Sequence record: NZ_CP027230.1
Direction: 5' to 3' (one strand)
DNA from: a plasmid
Length of the DNA stretch: 28,678 nucleotides
In this document: one piece after another, positions 14,553 through 24,602 of the stretch
Layout of the letters: each line of letters begins with the position of its first letter
Numbering within the stretch: position 1 is the first letter of the stretch
Made by a program: the position numbers and the translations under genes
Notes under the pieces: model-generated
Databases searched by the model: none
What the model saw: only the letters and a program-made list of their open reading frames with translations
Told to the model about the DNA's origin: nothing

Positions 14553-17500
14553 TGTACGTTAAATTTACAGCTCATAAACCTGCTCAAAGTGGTATGTCTT
14601 CGCGTGCCATTTTTGACTATTTGGATAAAGAGAACCAAGCTCAAAGAGATAGGGATATACAGGAGTGGCGCAATGGTGATGTATCAGAAGAACGTAGGGA
14701 AGAGTTACTACAGAATTTTTACAATTATGATAACTTATTTAATCAAGATTTTGACTTAAATAATTTAGATGATAAGAAAAATCATATATCAGTTGAAACC
14801 GCTTTTAGAATGATTGATGAAAACAAAGGAACTCGAAACTCTAAGGAAGCCAATTTTTATATGCTCAATGTTAGTCCTTCTGCTAAAGAATTGCAACATT
14901 TAGAAAAACAGGCGGAAGAAATTTTAGCCGAAAGAGGGCTTAATAAGGACGAGGTAATTAACAATGGCAATAAGGACATGCTGGATTATTACCAAGACCA
15001 AAAGCAACAGATTTTAAATGCGCAACTCAAATCTTATGCGCAGGATATAATGAATGAATATGCCCACCAAATGGATAGGGAGATATACGCCAACCAAGAT
15101 AAATTGCCTTCTGATAAAGAAAGGCGCGAAATGCTTCCAGAGGTAGAACGTAGATATAATGAATATTTACAAGAAGCAGGGGTGAAAATATCAACCCAAG
15201 AAAATGAAGCACCCTTATATCATAACTTAGAATATAGAAAAGTCACCGAATTAGATAAAGGGGCTGTTTTTTCTATTTATGATAGCAGCAGAGATGCTAA
15301 TTATAATCTTTATGTACCTAAAGAGAAGTACGAATTAGAAGCAGGAACGCAGCGTGTTAGTGTACTGGAAGAATATTTTTCAGACAAATATTCTGATATA
15401 GTTAAAGGGGCTGAATACAATAATCAAATTATTAGCGTTAGTGATAATGCTACAGTTGATTATAGTAAAGAACGATTTAAAGATTATAGTTGCGATGATA
15501 AGGTGGTAATTAATTACAATTACAAGGAGTTTGACAAGGAACTAAAGTTATATTTTTCTAAGAACGAGTGTGATTTTGTAAATGGTAATTACCAAGTTAA
15601 AGAAAAGGTTTTTAATGATAAGGTATATCAAGCAAAAACCACTTTTCTTAACAAACAATTTTCCGACGAGCGCCAAAGAATCTTTGATGAAAAAGCCAAA
15701 GAATTAGGCTATAATTTTACAAAGGTTACTGATGAGAATGGGAAGCAAACCTACCTTGATCCTGATAAGGTGCCTAAAGGGGCGGAACTTAAAAAGTTTA
15801 ATACGGAAATATCCATCGAATTTAATAAATACTTAGTGGAAAAAAAGTATTTGCCCGCCCGCGAAAAGTTTCAAATTACTGATTGGAATACCCAACAGTA
15901 CAATGTAACTTTTCTAATGCAGACGGAAAAAGCGGTGCTTACAAGAATTGAGGATAACAGGTTAAATGAACCACTACAGGTGTGGATGCCTAAATTTGCT
16001 ATTAAAAGCGATATAGATGTTTCAGACCCTCCAAAGGAGAGCCAAGCAAACATCATCGGCCAGCTGTATGAAAATAAGATTAACGAGCGGTTAGAACTGC
16101 AAAACAGTAAGGTTTTAGAGTTTGATAATTACAGTGAAATCACTTCTGTTAAGGAACGTTCGGTAAACAAAGAAAGTGTTATTTTTAATTACCAAATTGA
16201 AGGACTTGAAAAGCCCTTGTCCTTTCATATTGAAAGGGAAAAATTAGACTTTTCAGAAGGTCAATATACAATGAGTCGTATCGAGTTTGAAACCCGGTAC
16301 AAAGCTCATTTGTTTGATCACTGCAAAGAGGAATTTAAATCTGATTACGACAGAATACAGGCGAGTGTAGCCGAAAGACTTTCAGGCGAGCAACAAAGCA
16401 AAATTGAGCGTGAAGCTGATAAGGAATTTAAGAACTTCCTTATTGAAAAAAATATATATCCTCCTGATGAGAGAGACGATCGTTTTAAAGTGCAGGGTGA
16501 AATAGATAAAGCAAACGAAAATTCGTCTTTGCTAACTATCAAACCAGAAGGTTATAATGAAGAGTTTAAACTATGGGTGAATAATCGTGATTTTTCTAAA
16601 GGTGAAAAAGGTGAAATATTTTTTAAAGATAAAGAACAAGCACAAAATCTTATTGATAAGGCGATAGAGCGAGATAAAGAACAAAAGCAGCAGGTTCATA
16701 TTAAATATGATAGTTTTACAGTTGAGGAAATACAACTTAAAGAGGGAGAGCCTTATGATAGAATGTGTGTTTTTGAAAGAAGGGAGGAAGGTTTGAAAGA
16801 CCCTATTAAATTTACTTTCAAAGAAAGTGAATTACAAAGGAATGGAAACGAAGTAACGGTACCTAAATACAAATTGGATTATAGGGTTCAGGGAGCGAAA
16901 GAAAAAGCTATATTAGCAGAACATGGAGAGGTTAAAAATAAAATTAAAGAACAGGTTTGGCAAGAACACGGCTTTGATACTACCAAGCGCAAGTTAGAGG
17001 GTAAGGATCTTATGTGGTTTGGAAAGATAGAAACAGAACGCTCTTATAGTTATAAAGATAAACAAGTGTTAGAAAATAGGGAGACGATGAAGCAAATTAA
17101 CGAGTTAAAGGCGCAGCCTAAACCCGATACTAATAAAATTAAGGAATTAGAAAGTCAATTGCATAGGGATAAGTATAGCGGTGAAATTATTAAGGAGGGG
17201 CTAAAAAAACAAGGTAATCAGACTCATATTCACATTGTAGTATCTCGCCACGACAAAACAAGCGTGAACCCTAAAGATAAGGTTTCTATGAGTCCGATGT
17301 CCAACCAAAAGGACAGTCAAATGAATAATGGTGCTAAAGTAGGTTTTAATAGGGATTCTTATTTTCAAAGGACGGAAGAAATTTTTGATAAAAAATTTTC
17401 TTATGATCGCCCTTTGGAGCAAACATATCAGTATCATAAAGGACAAGTTAAGGAGCAGTCTTTGGGCGACCAAGTACAGGGATATGCTAAAGGTAGAGCC

Positions 17501-17710
17501 CAGAGCGAGGTTAAACAATTCCTTGAAAAGCATACAGGAATAGCAGAAGCCAAGCGAGAACTTGATCCTATTAAGGAATTTAAAAAAGAATTTAGTAATA
17601 TTCCTCTACCAACTTCTATACCTAAGACCAAATTTGAGGCAGTTAAATCTATGGTTAATACTGTTAAAAAGATTATGGGACAAACTTCAGAGCAAGGAAT
17701 GGGGTATTAA
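14552..17710 (+). CDS. MobA/MobL-family (MOBQ-like) relaxase, 1052 aa, with a very large internal region
   Basis: N-terminus MYVKFTAHKPAQSGMSSRAIFDYLDKEN parallels RSF1010 MobA MAIYHLTAKTGSRSGGQSARAKADYIQRE (catalytic-Tyr motif I). FYMLNVSPS resembles motif II. The HUH triad THIHIVVSRHD is at aa 891-901 (nt 17222-17254). Confidence 0.65.
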   Translation: MYVKFTAHKPAQSGMSSRAIFDYLDKENQAQRDRDIQEWRNGDVSEERREELLQNFYNYDNLFNQDFDLNNLDDKKNHISVETAFRMIDENKGTRNSKEANFYMLNVSPSAKELQHLEKQAEEILAERGLNKDEVINNGNKDMLDYYQDQKQQILNAQLKSYAQDIMNEYAHQMDREIYANQDKLPSDKERREMLPEVERRYNEYLQEAGVKISTQENEAPLYHNLEYRKVTELDKGAVFSIYDSSRDANYNLYVPKEKYELEAGTQRVSVLEEYFSDKYSDIVKGAEYNNQIISVSDNATVDYSKERFKDYSCDDKVVINYNYKEFDKELKLYFSKNECDFVNGNYQVKEKVFNDKVYQAKTTFLNKQFSDERQRIFDEKAKELGYNFTKVTDENGKQTYLDPDKVPKGAELKKFNTEISIEFNKYLVEKKYLPAREKFQITDWNTQQYNVTFLMQTEKAVLTRIEDNRLNEPLQVWMPKFAIKSDIDVSDPPKESQANIIGQLYENKINERLELQNSKVLEFDNYSEITSVKERSVNKESVIFNYQIEGLEKPLSFHIEREKLDFSEGQYTMSRIEFETRYKAHLFDHCKEEFKSDYDRIQASVAERLSGEQQSKIEREADKEFKNFLIEKNIYPPDERDDRFKVQGEIDKANENSSLLTIKPEGYNEEFKLWVNNRDFSKGEKGEIFFKDKEQAQNLIDKAIERDKEQKQQVHIKYDSFTVEEIQLKEGEPYDRMCVFERREEGLKDPIKFTFKESELQRNGNEVTVPKYKLDYRVQGAKEKAILAEHGEVKNKIKEQVWQEHGFDTTKRKLEGKDLMWFGKIETERSYSYKDKQVLENRETMKQINELKAQPKPDTNKIKELESQLHRDKYSGEIIKEGLKKQGNQTHIHIVVSRHDKTSVNPKDKVSMSPMSNQKDSQMNNGAKVGFNRDSYFQRTEEIFDKKFSYDRPLEQTYQYHKGQVKEQSLGDQVQGYAKGRAQSEVKQFLEKHTGIAEAKRELDPIKEFKKEFSNIPLPTSIPKTKFEAVKSMVNTVKKIMGQTSEQGMGY

Positions 17711-17753
17711 CCAAATTTAAAATATTTAGAATAATCAAAATAATTTAAATAAA

Positions 17754-19397
17754 ATGAATAATTTGTACATTGTATTAGGAATCTTTTTTTTACTGTTATT
17801 ATTTGCTACGCTTGCAGTCATTAAAGGAAAAGGAATAGTAATTAAACTGATAAGTCTTGCAGTTTATTTAGGTGTAGTAGGTTTTATGTATGTAAAAATG
17901 CCAAATGCATTTTATCCTACCTTGATATTATATGTAGTTGGCCCTGCTACTTTAGCAGGCGTACTGTGGCACTTAATTGCAACAGGTGATGAAGATACGT
18001 CTAAGTTAAACCCTACTAATGATTTAAGATTGGTAGCTACAAATGGTAGTATTGTTATAAGGGGTGTTAATTCAGGAGTACATATTTTAGCGGGATCAGG
18101 AGCAGGTAAAACTTCCTGTATAGTCTATCCTATACTAAAGTTTTTTGCCGAGACAAAAAGGACAGGTTTTATTTACGACTACAAGGACGGTGAACTTACT
18201 GAAATTGCCATACCTTTGTTTAAGGATAGGTTAAAAATTGTGTCTATCCATCGCCCTGACATTAGCACAAGGGTAAACCCAATTGATCCCAAGTATTTAA
18301 CAGATGAAAAAAGTATTAACTCTATTGTAAAGGTACTGTTAAATAACTTAAACGGAGTGGACGCCTCCAAAGGAGGTGATAATAACTTTTTCTACGATGG
18401 GGCAGAGTCTCTTTTTTCGGCCACTGTACTTGCTTTTAAAATGACACACCCCGAATATTGTACTATTCCCCACGTGATAGCTTTTCTGTTAGCAGTGGAC
18501 TTTATTAGTAAAAGTGAAGAAGATTTAGCAGAAAACGAAAGACAGGCAATGCCCAAGCTAAACCGTTTTCTAACAATGAACAAACGTGTACAAATCCAAG
18601 CTTCACCTTTCCTATTAGGTTTAGGATCGGAGCGACAAAGTGCTGCCGTACTTTCCACACTGGCCAACGCCCTTAGAAAAGTCGCTTATCCTGATTCATT
18701 TTGGGCTTTATCTAAAAATGAACTTGATTTAAATGTAAACAGCCCTGATGTAAATATGGTGATTAGTTTCTTAAATGAACCTAAAAACGCCCCTGCTATC
18801 ACGCCACTACTGGCGTGCCTTATTGAAAGCACAATGAAGCAAATGATGGTGCGTAATTGTTTGCCGAGCTTTATAGTAGAAGACGAAGCAGCTACTATGA
18901 AGCAGTTAAGTTTGGCGGAAACAGTCGCTACTATGAGAAGTTTCGGAACTTCCACTATTTATTGTACACAGGATATTTCACAGGGAAATGTACAGTACGG
19001 AGCAGACGGCTATAGAAAGATTACCGCTAACCTTTCAACTCAAATTTTCGGGAAAGCTAACGACCCTAAATCAGCTGAATTTTACGAAGGATATTCAGAA
19101 CTCAAAAAAGATAAAACTTTTTCGAAAACTAATTCGGGAAATGCTCTTTTTGGGGACGGCCGACAAAGTACTACACAAAGCGAAAAAGAGGTAGCTACCA
19201 TTAGAAAACACGAGTTTATGAAATTCAAAACAGGTACTTTTGCTATATTCTCAGCAGGGAAGCAAAAAATAATGCATTTTCCACGCCCTAATATAGAAGT
19301 ATCTCCCCTACCAAACACTGATAATATGAGGGCTAACATAGAACTCAACTACAACGATATCATTGAAGAAATGTTAGCTTATGCAGAAAATTTGTAA
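17754..19397 (+). CDS. Type IV coupling protein (VirD4/TraG/MobC family), 547 aa
   Basis: Two to three N-terminal TM helices, then Walker A AGSGAGKTS and Walker B FIVEDEAAT. Confidence 0.7.
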   Translation: MNNLYIVLGIFFLLLLFATLAVIKGKGIVIKLISLAVYLGVVGFMYVKMPNAFYPTLILYVVGPATLAGVLWHLIATGDEDTSKLNPTNDLRLVATNGSIVIRGVNSGVHILAGSGAGKTSCIVYPILKFFAETKRTGFIYDYKDGELTEIAIPLFKDRLKIVSIHRPDISTRVNPIDPKYLTDEKSINSIVKVLLNNLNGVDASKGGDNNFFYDGAESLFSATVLAFKMTHPEYCTIPHVIAFLLAVDFISKSEEDLAENERQAMPKLNRFLTMNKRVQIQASPFLLGLGSERQSAAVLSTLANALRKVAYPDSFWALSKNELDLNVNSPDVNMVISFLNEPKNAPAITPLLACLIESTMKQMMVRNCLPSFIVEDEAATMKQLSLAETVATMRSFGTSTIYCTQDISQGNVQYGADGYRKITANLSTQIFGKANDPKSAEFYEGYSELKKDKTFSKTNSGNALFGDGRQSTTQSEKEVATIRKHEFMKFKTGTFAIFSAGKQKIMHFPRPNIEVSPLPNTDNMRANIELNYNDIIEEMLAYAENL

Positions 19398-19493
19398 AAA
19401 TAAAAGTCTAATATATGCAACAAATCAAAAATTATTTGTACCTTTGCACCAAATAAATTAATTACTAATTTTTCAATCTAAACATTAACGAAA

Positions 19494-19790
19494 ATGAAAA
19501 AAAACATCTTATTAGCAACAGCTTTTACATTGTTATTCTTTTCAGAAGCAATGGCCGTAGATTTAGGAATTAAAAAATTCTTTTCCGAAATCTATAACGA
19601 AATTAAAGGGGCTTATCCTTATGCTGCAGCCACAGGTCTGGTGTTAGCCGCTATTTGGAATAAAGGAAACTTTATAGGGCAAAATGCCGATACTTCCAAA
19701 GGTTTTAAAAACTTAGGTATATATGTAGCTTTTGTAGCTATTATTGCTGGTTTTGCAAAGGCAGTAGAAGCTTATGCAAAAAACTTCTAA
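19494..19790 (+). CDS. traE: TraE-like (VirB2-like) conjugative pilin-type protein, 98 aa
   Basis: Signal peptide plus two hydrophobic helices. ...NKGNFIGQNADTSKGF... parallels CTnDOT TraE ...NKWSSGDQDTSKTA... (as recalled from memory). Confidence 0.55.
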   Translation: MKKNILLATAFTLLFFSEAMAVDLGIKKFFSEIYNEIKGAYPYAAATGLVLAAIWNKGNFIGQNADTSKGFKNLGIYVAFVAIIAGFAKAVEAYAKNF

Positions 19791-19809
19791 TAATATCTAA
19801 TAATAAAGT

Positions 19810-20088
19810 ATGAAGAAGATAGACAACTATAAAGATATTAGGAGAAAAGCCGTAATTTGGGGACTTTCAACAATGAAGTTTGCTTTATGGTTTTCTCTCT
19901 CGGTTATATTTGTCTTAACACTGGTATATAGCTTTTCCTTAGTAAAATTAATTGTAGTACTTCTTTGTATAGGAATAGCATATTTAGGTTGTGAGTATGC
20001 CGATAAAAACGACATCACACAGTTTTTCATTAACAATAAGTTTCCTAAAGAAATATCCAGTTTAACAGAGGACGAAGAGGAAGATTAA
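19810..20088 (+). CDS. traF: TraF-like (VirB3-like) small membrane protein, 92 aa
   Basis: Size, position between TraE and the VirB4 ATPase, and two TM helices (AVIWGLSTMKFALWFSLSVIFVLTLVY). Confidence 0.5.
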   Translation: MKKIDNYKDIRRKAVIWGLSTMKFALWFSLSVIFVLTLVYSFSLVKLIVVLLCIGIAYLGCEYADKNDITQFFINNKFPKEISSLTEDEEED

Positions 20089-20094
20089 TTAGGT

Positions 20095-22506
20095 ATGAAC
20101 AACGACAACAAAAAAATAGAAAATGTACTTTTTGGTAGGGAAGGCACTTTTACCATTGGTTACCGTGTGCAGCTGCCTGAAAAATATTCATTAGGAGAAA
20201 AAGACTACGATAATATTAACGAAGTTTGGGCAAGAGCTTTACGCGACTTGCCTCCCTATTCTATATTTTGTAAACACGATATTTTCGAGGTAAAGGAATA
20301 TGATACTTCTGACTTTCCTGAAAGGAATTACTTAGAAGTAGCTACTAAAAAGTATTTTAATGGCAAAGAGTATATGAAACACACTTGTAATATATTCTTT
20401 TCTTTGCCTAACAAGTTGCTAAATGTAACCTATCTTAAAAATCCTTTACGCCCCCCTCATAAAAGGCATTTTACAGAGTTTGACGAAAGAATAGAAGAAT
20501 TTACCCAACAAGTAGAACAAACTGTGCTTTATCTCAATAAGGCACAGTTGGCCAGTGGTAACAAAATAGTTGTAACTCCCTTAGATGAAAAGTATATGCA
20601 AAATTACTATAGTTACTTTTCAAGGGGGTTAGATGATTCAACTCGTGATATTATCAAGAACGACAAGTATTTGTTAGTAGGGGATAAATATGTAGGAGTG
20701 CTTAGCTTTCCTACAGAAGAAAAGTTTCCTGAGACGATAGAAACTTGTAAAATAGAAACTTCAAGCAAAAATGCTAAATACAGTTTCTTTCAAAATTACG
20801 GCGAATTTTTTTCTTTCAATATTCCTTGCACTCACATTTATTGCCAAGTGGCATTTATGGACGATCTTAAAAAGCACTATAATGATGCTCTTAGGAATAA
20901 CGCAGAACTTCATAAATCAAGAATGTTTGATCAGCAGAACAAACATTTTGCAGAGGTAACAGGTAAGATGTTAGAAAATATGGCATTAAAAGGTGATACC
21001 GAACGAATTATAAGAGGGCATAACAATGTTATATTATTTGCAGATAGTGAAGAAAAACTAAAGTCTGTAAAGAAAGATGTAAGGGCTATTTTTATAGGGC
21101 TTGATATTAAACCTAATGAACCATCAGGCGACAACCAATTAGCTATATACGAGTATTCTTTTCCACTAAATAACCATAAATTTGTAAAGAGCCATTTGTA
21201 TATAGCCAGCTTACAAATGTTTGCGGCCTTTATGAATGTTACAGGAAGCTATACAAGCGACCCTAAAGGGGTGCGCTTTAACAGCAGATTAGACAACACG
21301 CCTGTAACCATAGATATATGGGACGAGAAAAAGAAGTATATAAACGCCCGAAACTTCTTTATATTAGCAAGTACAGGGGGCGGTAAAAGTTTCTTGGCTA
21401 ACCACATCTTAACTTATGCTTATGGTGATAACACCAAATCGGTAGTGGTAGATTTAGGAGGCTCATTTAAAAAACTCACTACTTTGTTTCCACAAAGTGA
21501 AACTTCTTATATTACCTATAAGGAGGGGGAAGGACTTGGTATAAATCCTTTTTATGTAGAGGATCATAGCAAGGTAAGTGTGGAGAAATTAGAAACCTTA
21601 GCAGACTTTATAGGGGTACATTATAGGCGTGAACGCGAGATAAACCAAGAGGAGCGAAGTACCATTGTAAATATGTTAAAGCTGTATTACAATGCTGTAA
21701 CAGAAGGCCATTCTTTGCCTCAATTTATTGATACAGTGGATATGTACCGTACTGATTTTGAAAGGGAATTATCTATTAATAAGGACTTTTTCGACATTGA
21801 GGAATTTTTATTAATTATGCGTGACTTCACGCAAGGAGGTGTTTACAGTTTTTTGTACGAAAAAGTAGATAACTCTTTTTCTGCTCACATCAAAGATAAA
21901 AAACTAATAGTTTTTGAACTTGATAAGATAAAGGGTAACAAACTACTTTTGTCAGTAATGTTACAGCTTATATCTACTACTATTGAACAGGTAATTTGGA
22001 ATGACCGAAGCACAAAAGGTTATATCTTTTTTGACGAGGTGGCCGAACAGTTTCAGTGGGAAGGTATGTTAAGGCGTATAGCTTACTTCTACCAAGCTAT
22101 TAGAAAGCATTCAGGGTCTATAGGTATCGTACTACAGTCCGAAAGTCAGTTACCTGAAAGCCCTTTATCAAATGCTATTATTGAGAATACTCAAATTCTT
22201 TATGTACTCAATTCAAATGACCTAAAGGCGTTGGCCAATAGGTTTAATATGAGCGAACACGCTTATTATCAAATGACCTCTTTAAATTCAGACACAAGCG
22301 AAGAAAACCCGCGCCCTTATACTGAAATTTTCATAAAAAGGGGTAATCACCACCAAGTTTATAGGTTGGAGGTGCCCAAAAAAATATTTTGGGCATATCA
22401 AACTGAAGGTATAGAAAATGAGCAATTAATGCGTTACTATGAAGAGTTAGGAGATATGGAACAGGCTATAGACAGAATGATGAAAGAAAAAGGTCAGAAA
22501 GATTAA
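20095..22506 (+). CDS. traG: TraG, VirB4-family type IV secretion ATPase, 803 aa
   Basis: Walker A ASTGGGKSF with a downstream Walker B-like block. Size and position match Bacteroidetes TraG. Confidence 0.85.
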   Translation: MNNDNKKIENVLFGREGTFTIGYRVQLPEKYSLGEKDYDNINEVWARALRDLPPYSIFCKHDIFEVKEYDTSDFPERNYLEVATKKYFNGKEYMKHTCNIFFSLPNKLLNVTYLKNPLRPPHKRHFTEFDERIEEFTQQVEQTVLYLNKAQLASGNKIVVTPLDEKYMQNYYSYFSRGLDDSTRDIIKNDKYLLVGDKYVGVLSFPTEEKFPETIETCKIETSSKNAKYSFFQNYGEFFSFNIPCTHIYCQVAFMDDLKKHYNDALRNNAELHKSRMFDQQNKHFAEVTGKMLENMALKGDTERIIRGHNNVILFADSEEKLKSVKKDVRAIFIGLDIKPNEPSGDNQLAIYEYSFPLNNHKFVKSHLYIASLQMFAAFMNVTGSYTSDPKGVRFNSRLDNTPVTIDIWDEKKKYINARNFFILASTGGGKSFLANHILTYAYGDNTKSVVVDLGGSFKKLTTLFPQSETSYITYKEGEGLGINPFYVEDHSKVSVEKLETLADFIGVHYRREREINQEERSTIVNMLKLYYNAVTEGHSLPQFIDTVDMYRTDFERELSINKDFFDIEEFLLIMRDFTQGGVYSFLYEKVDNSFSAHIKDKKLIVFELDKIKGNKLLLSVMLQLISTTIEQVIWNDRSTKGYIFFDEVAEQFQWEGMLRRIAYFYQAIRKHSGSIGIVLQSESQLPESPLSNAIIENTQILYVLNSNDLKALANRFNMSEHAYYQMTSLNSDTSEENPRPYTEIFIKRGNHHQVYRLEVPKKIFWAYQTEGIENEQLMRYYEELGDMEQAIDRMMKEKGQKD

Positions 22507-22530
22507 TCTTTAAACAAACTATAATACACA

Positions 22531-23034
22531 ATGAAAAAACTTAGTACAATTATTCTTTTGTTAGCCTCTTATATAGGCTATAGTCAAGTGGGGGCAATGG
22601 CTACCTTTGACTTTACACAAGCCCTTAATATGACCGAGTCTATTAATGCGGGGCTCGAACAGTTAGACCAAATTGATAAAATGTTAGACTACTACGAAAA
22701 AGTAGAAGAGAAAATCCAAAAGGTAAACAAAGTTATCCTAAAACTAGAGAGAGTTAAGGATATAGTAACAGGGCAAAGAAAAATCTTAAACGGTGTAGAA
22801 AAAGCTAAGAAATTTATCACTTCTTTGAGTTCTACAGAACTTAAAAAAGCCTACACTTCAAACCTTTCAGACATACTAAAAGAATCTCAAAGAGTTTCTA
22901 ATGAGTTATCCAATATCACAAGGGATAATTACCTCAATCTTACTGATAAAGAACGTATCGAAATGATTGAGAAATATGAGAAGAAAATAAAAATATTAAA
23001 GGCTCGTCTTAGAGTAGGTTACGGTGTTAATTAA
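22531..23034 (+). CDS. Secreted coiled-coil protein, 167 aa (TraH/TraI-position protein of the T4SS)
   Basis: Signal peptide MKKLSTIILLLASYIGYSQ. Charged helical C-terminus. Confidence 0.35.
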   Translation: MKKLSTIILLLASYIGYSQVGAMATFDFTQALNMTESINAGLEQLDQIDKMLDYYEKVEEKIQKVNKVILKLERVKDIVTGQRKILNGVEKAKKFITSLSSTELKKAYTSNLSDILKESQRVSNELSNITRDNYLNLTDKERIEMIEKYEKKIKILKARLRVGYGVN

Positions 23035-23045
23035 AAATACAAACG

Positions 23046-23864
23046 ATGGACTTTGATTTTATCAATGAACTGCGTAAAATGCTGCAAAGCGAAGAAGTCT
23101 TTGAATATTCAATTGACGGTTTGCAATATGCAGCAATGGCATTTTTTATTTTCAAGATGATTCAGCTTGTATTTAAAAAATCAACAGACCCTAAAATAGG
23201 GTATTCTGATTTTGCTCGCTTAGGTGGCTATATCATATTGGTAGGAAGCTCAAGTAAAATTATAGACGGTTTGGAAGATGTTTTTGCAACAATAGACAAT
23301 GCGTTTATGAACAATCCAAACGACTTCTATCTAAGAATACACGAACATATTGCAGCCCAATATATGATTACTTATGACAATATGGACTTTTTCGATATGA
23401 TTTTTGGTACCTTAGATTTGGTAGGAAGTGCGTTGTATTATGTAATTTTTTTGCTTATATCAGCTTGCTGTAAGATAGCGGACTTAAGTATTACAGCGGC
23501 CTATTTAGTGCAGCGTGTTTTTATTATAGAGTTGTTGAAATTCTTGCTGCCTCTAGTAACTGTATTGTCTATCTTTGAAAAATTTGAAAATTTGCTTATC
23601 TCTTGGGTAAAGAGATATGCAGGAATGATAATTTTAGGGGTAGCCTACATAGCTATTATAAAATTTATGTACTTTGTTCAAGATTCAATAATGTTACAGT
23701 TTCATTCAGAAGAATTTACTCCTAATCTAAAACAAGAAGAAACGAGTTTTACACCACTTACAAATCTTATATATGGTGCTTGTATAGCAAGCGTACTTTG
23801 TTTTACTATAAAAGTAAAATTAATGTCTATTGTAACCAATTACATTCAAAGTTATTTTAGTTAA
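23046..23864 (+). CDS. traJ: TraJ-like (VirB6-like) polytopic membrane protein, 272 aa
   Basis: Five to six predicted TM helices. Position after VirB4. Confidence 0.5.
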   Translation: MDFDFINELRKMLQSEEVFEYSIDGLQYAAMAFFIFKMIQLVFKKSTDPKIGYSDFARLGGYIILVGSSSKIIDGLEDVFATIDNAFMNNPNDFYLRIHEHIAAQYMITYDNMDFFDMIFGTLDLVGSALYYVIFLLISACCKIADLSITAAYLVQRVFIIELLKFLLPLVTVLSIFEKFENLLISWVKRYAGMIILGVAYIAIIKFMYFVQDSIMLQFHSEEFTPNLKQEETSFTPLTNLIYGACIASVLCFTIKVKLMSIVTNYIQSYFS

Positions 23865-23867
23865 TCT

Positions 23868-24602
23868 ATGTCAGAAGAAAAAAAAAGAAAATCAATAGGG
23901 AATAAGGCTGTTACCTTGGGAGCAGACTTTTATACGACCTTAAAACGCAATAATATTGCTGTTTTAGGGGTGTGCGCTGTAGCTATTGTAGTTATTATAG
24001 GTTCTTTTATGTTGGTGGCCTCTATAGCTTCTAATTACCAACAAAATGTATATGCAGTAGACAGTAAGGGCGACGTAATACCTTTGCGTCTACTTCATAT
24101 AGAAGAAGACAGAGAAATAGAAATCAAAGCTAACTTGGATAGATTTGTAGATTTGTATTTTGACTTAGACGGTTTTACAATAAAAAAGAAGTTAGAAAAA
24201 TTGTTGTGGGTGTTAGATGATAAGCCTTCAACCACCGTTAAACAACAAATGAACTCTGGCTATTTTAATGATTTTACCAATATAGCAGGTCTTCAACAAA
24301 AAGCTTATATATTGGGTAACACAATTAAGGTAACTAAAAAAGAGCCTTATAAAGCTCAATTTAGGGTAAGAATACAACGTATCAACGGCAGCGCTATAAA
24401 CTACTATAATGCTGATGTAGATTGCGAAATGATAGAAGTAAGTCGCAATTATCCTTTGAATCCTTATGGTCTTCTTATTACTGACTTTAACGTAATTATC
24501 AAAGGTATTAAAGATATAAACGAAGATGAGTATACCAAAGAAGATGAGGAAAACGACAAAATGTTAAACCAAAATGTAATAGAAGATGGACGCACAGACT
24601 AA
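23868..24602 (+). CDS. traK: TraK-like (VirB8-like) bitopic protein, 244 aa
   Basis: Single N-terminal TM helix (IAVLGVCAVAIVVIIGSFMLVASI) followed by a globular domain. Gene order J-K-M-N. Confidence 0.5.
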   Translation: MSEEKKRKSIGNKAVTLGADFYTTLKRNNIAVLGVCAVAIVVIIGSFMLVASIASNYQQNVYAVDSKGDVIPLRLLHIEEDREIEIKANLDRFVDLYFDLDGFTIKKKLEKLLWVLDDKPSTTVKQQMNSGYFNDFTNIAGLQQKAYILGNTIKVTKKEPYKAQFRVRIQRINGSAINYYNADVDCEMIEVSRNYPLNPYGLLITDFNVIIKGIKDINEDEYTKEDEENDKMLNQNVIEDGRTD

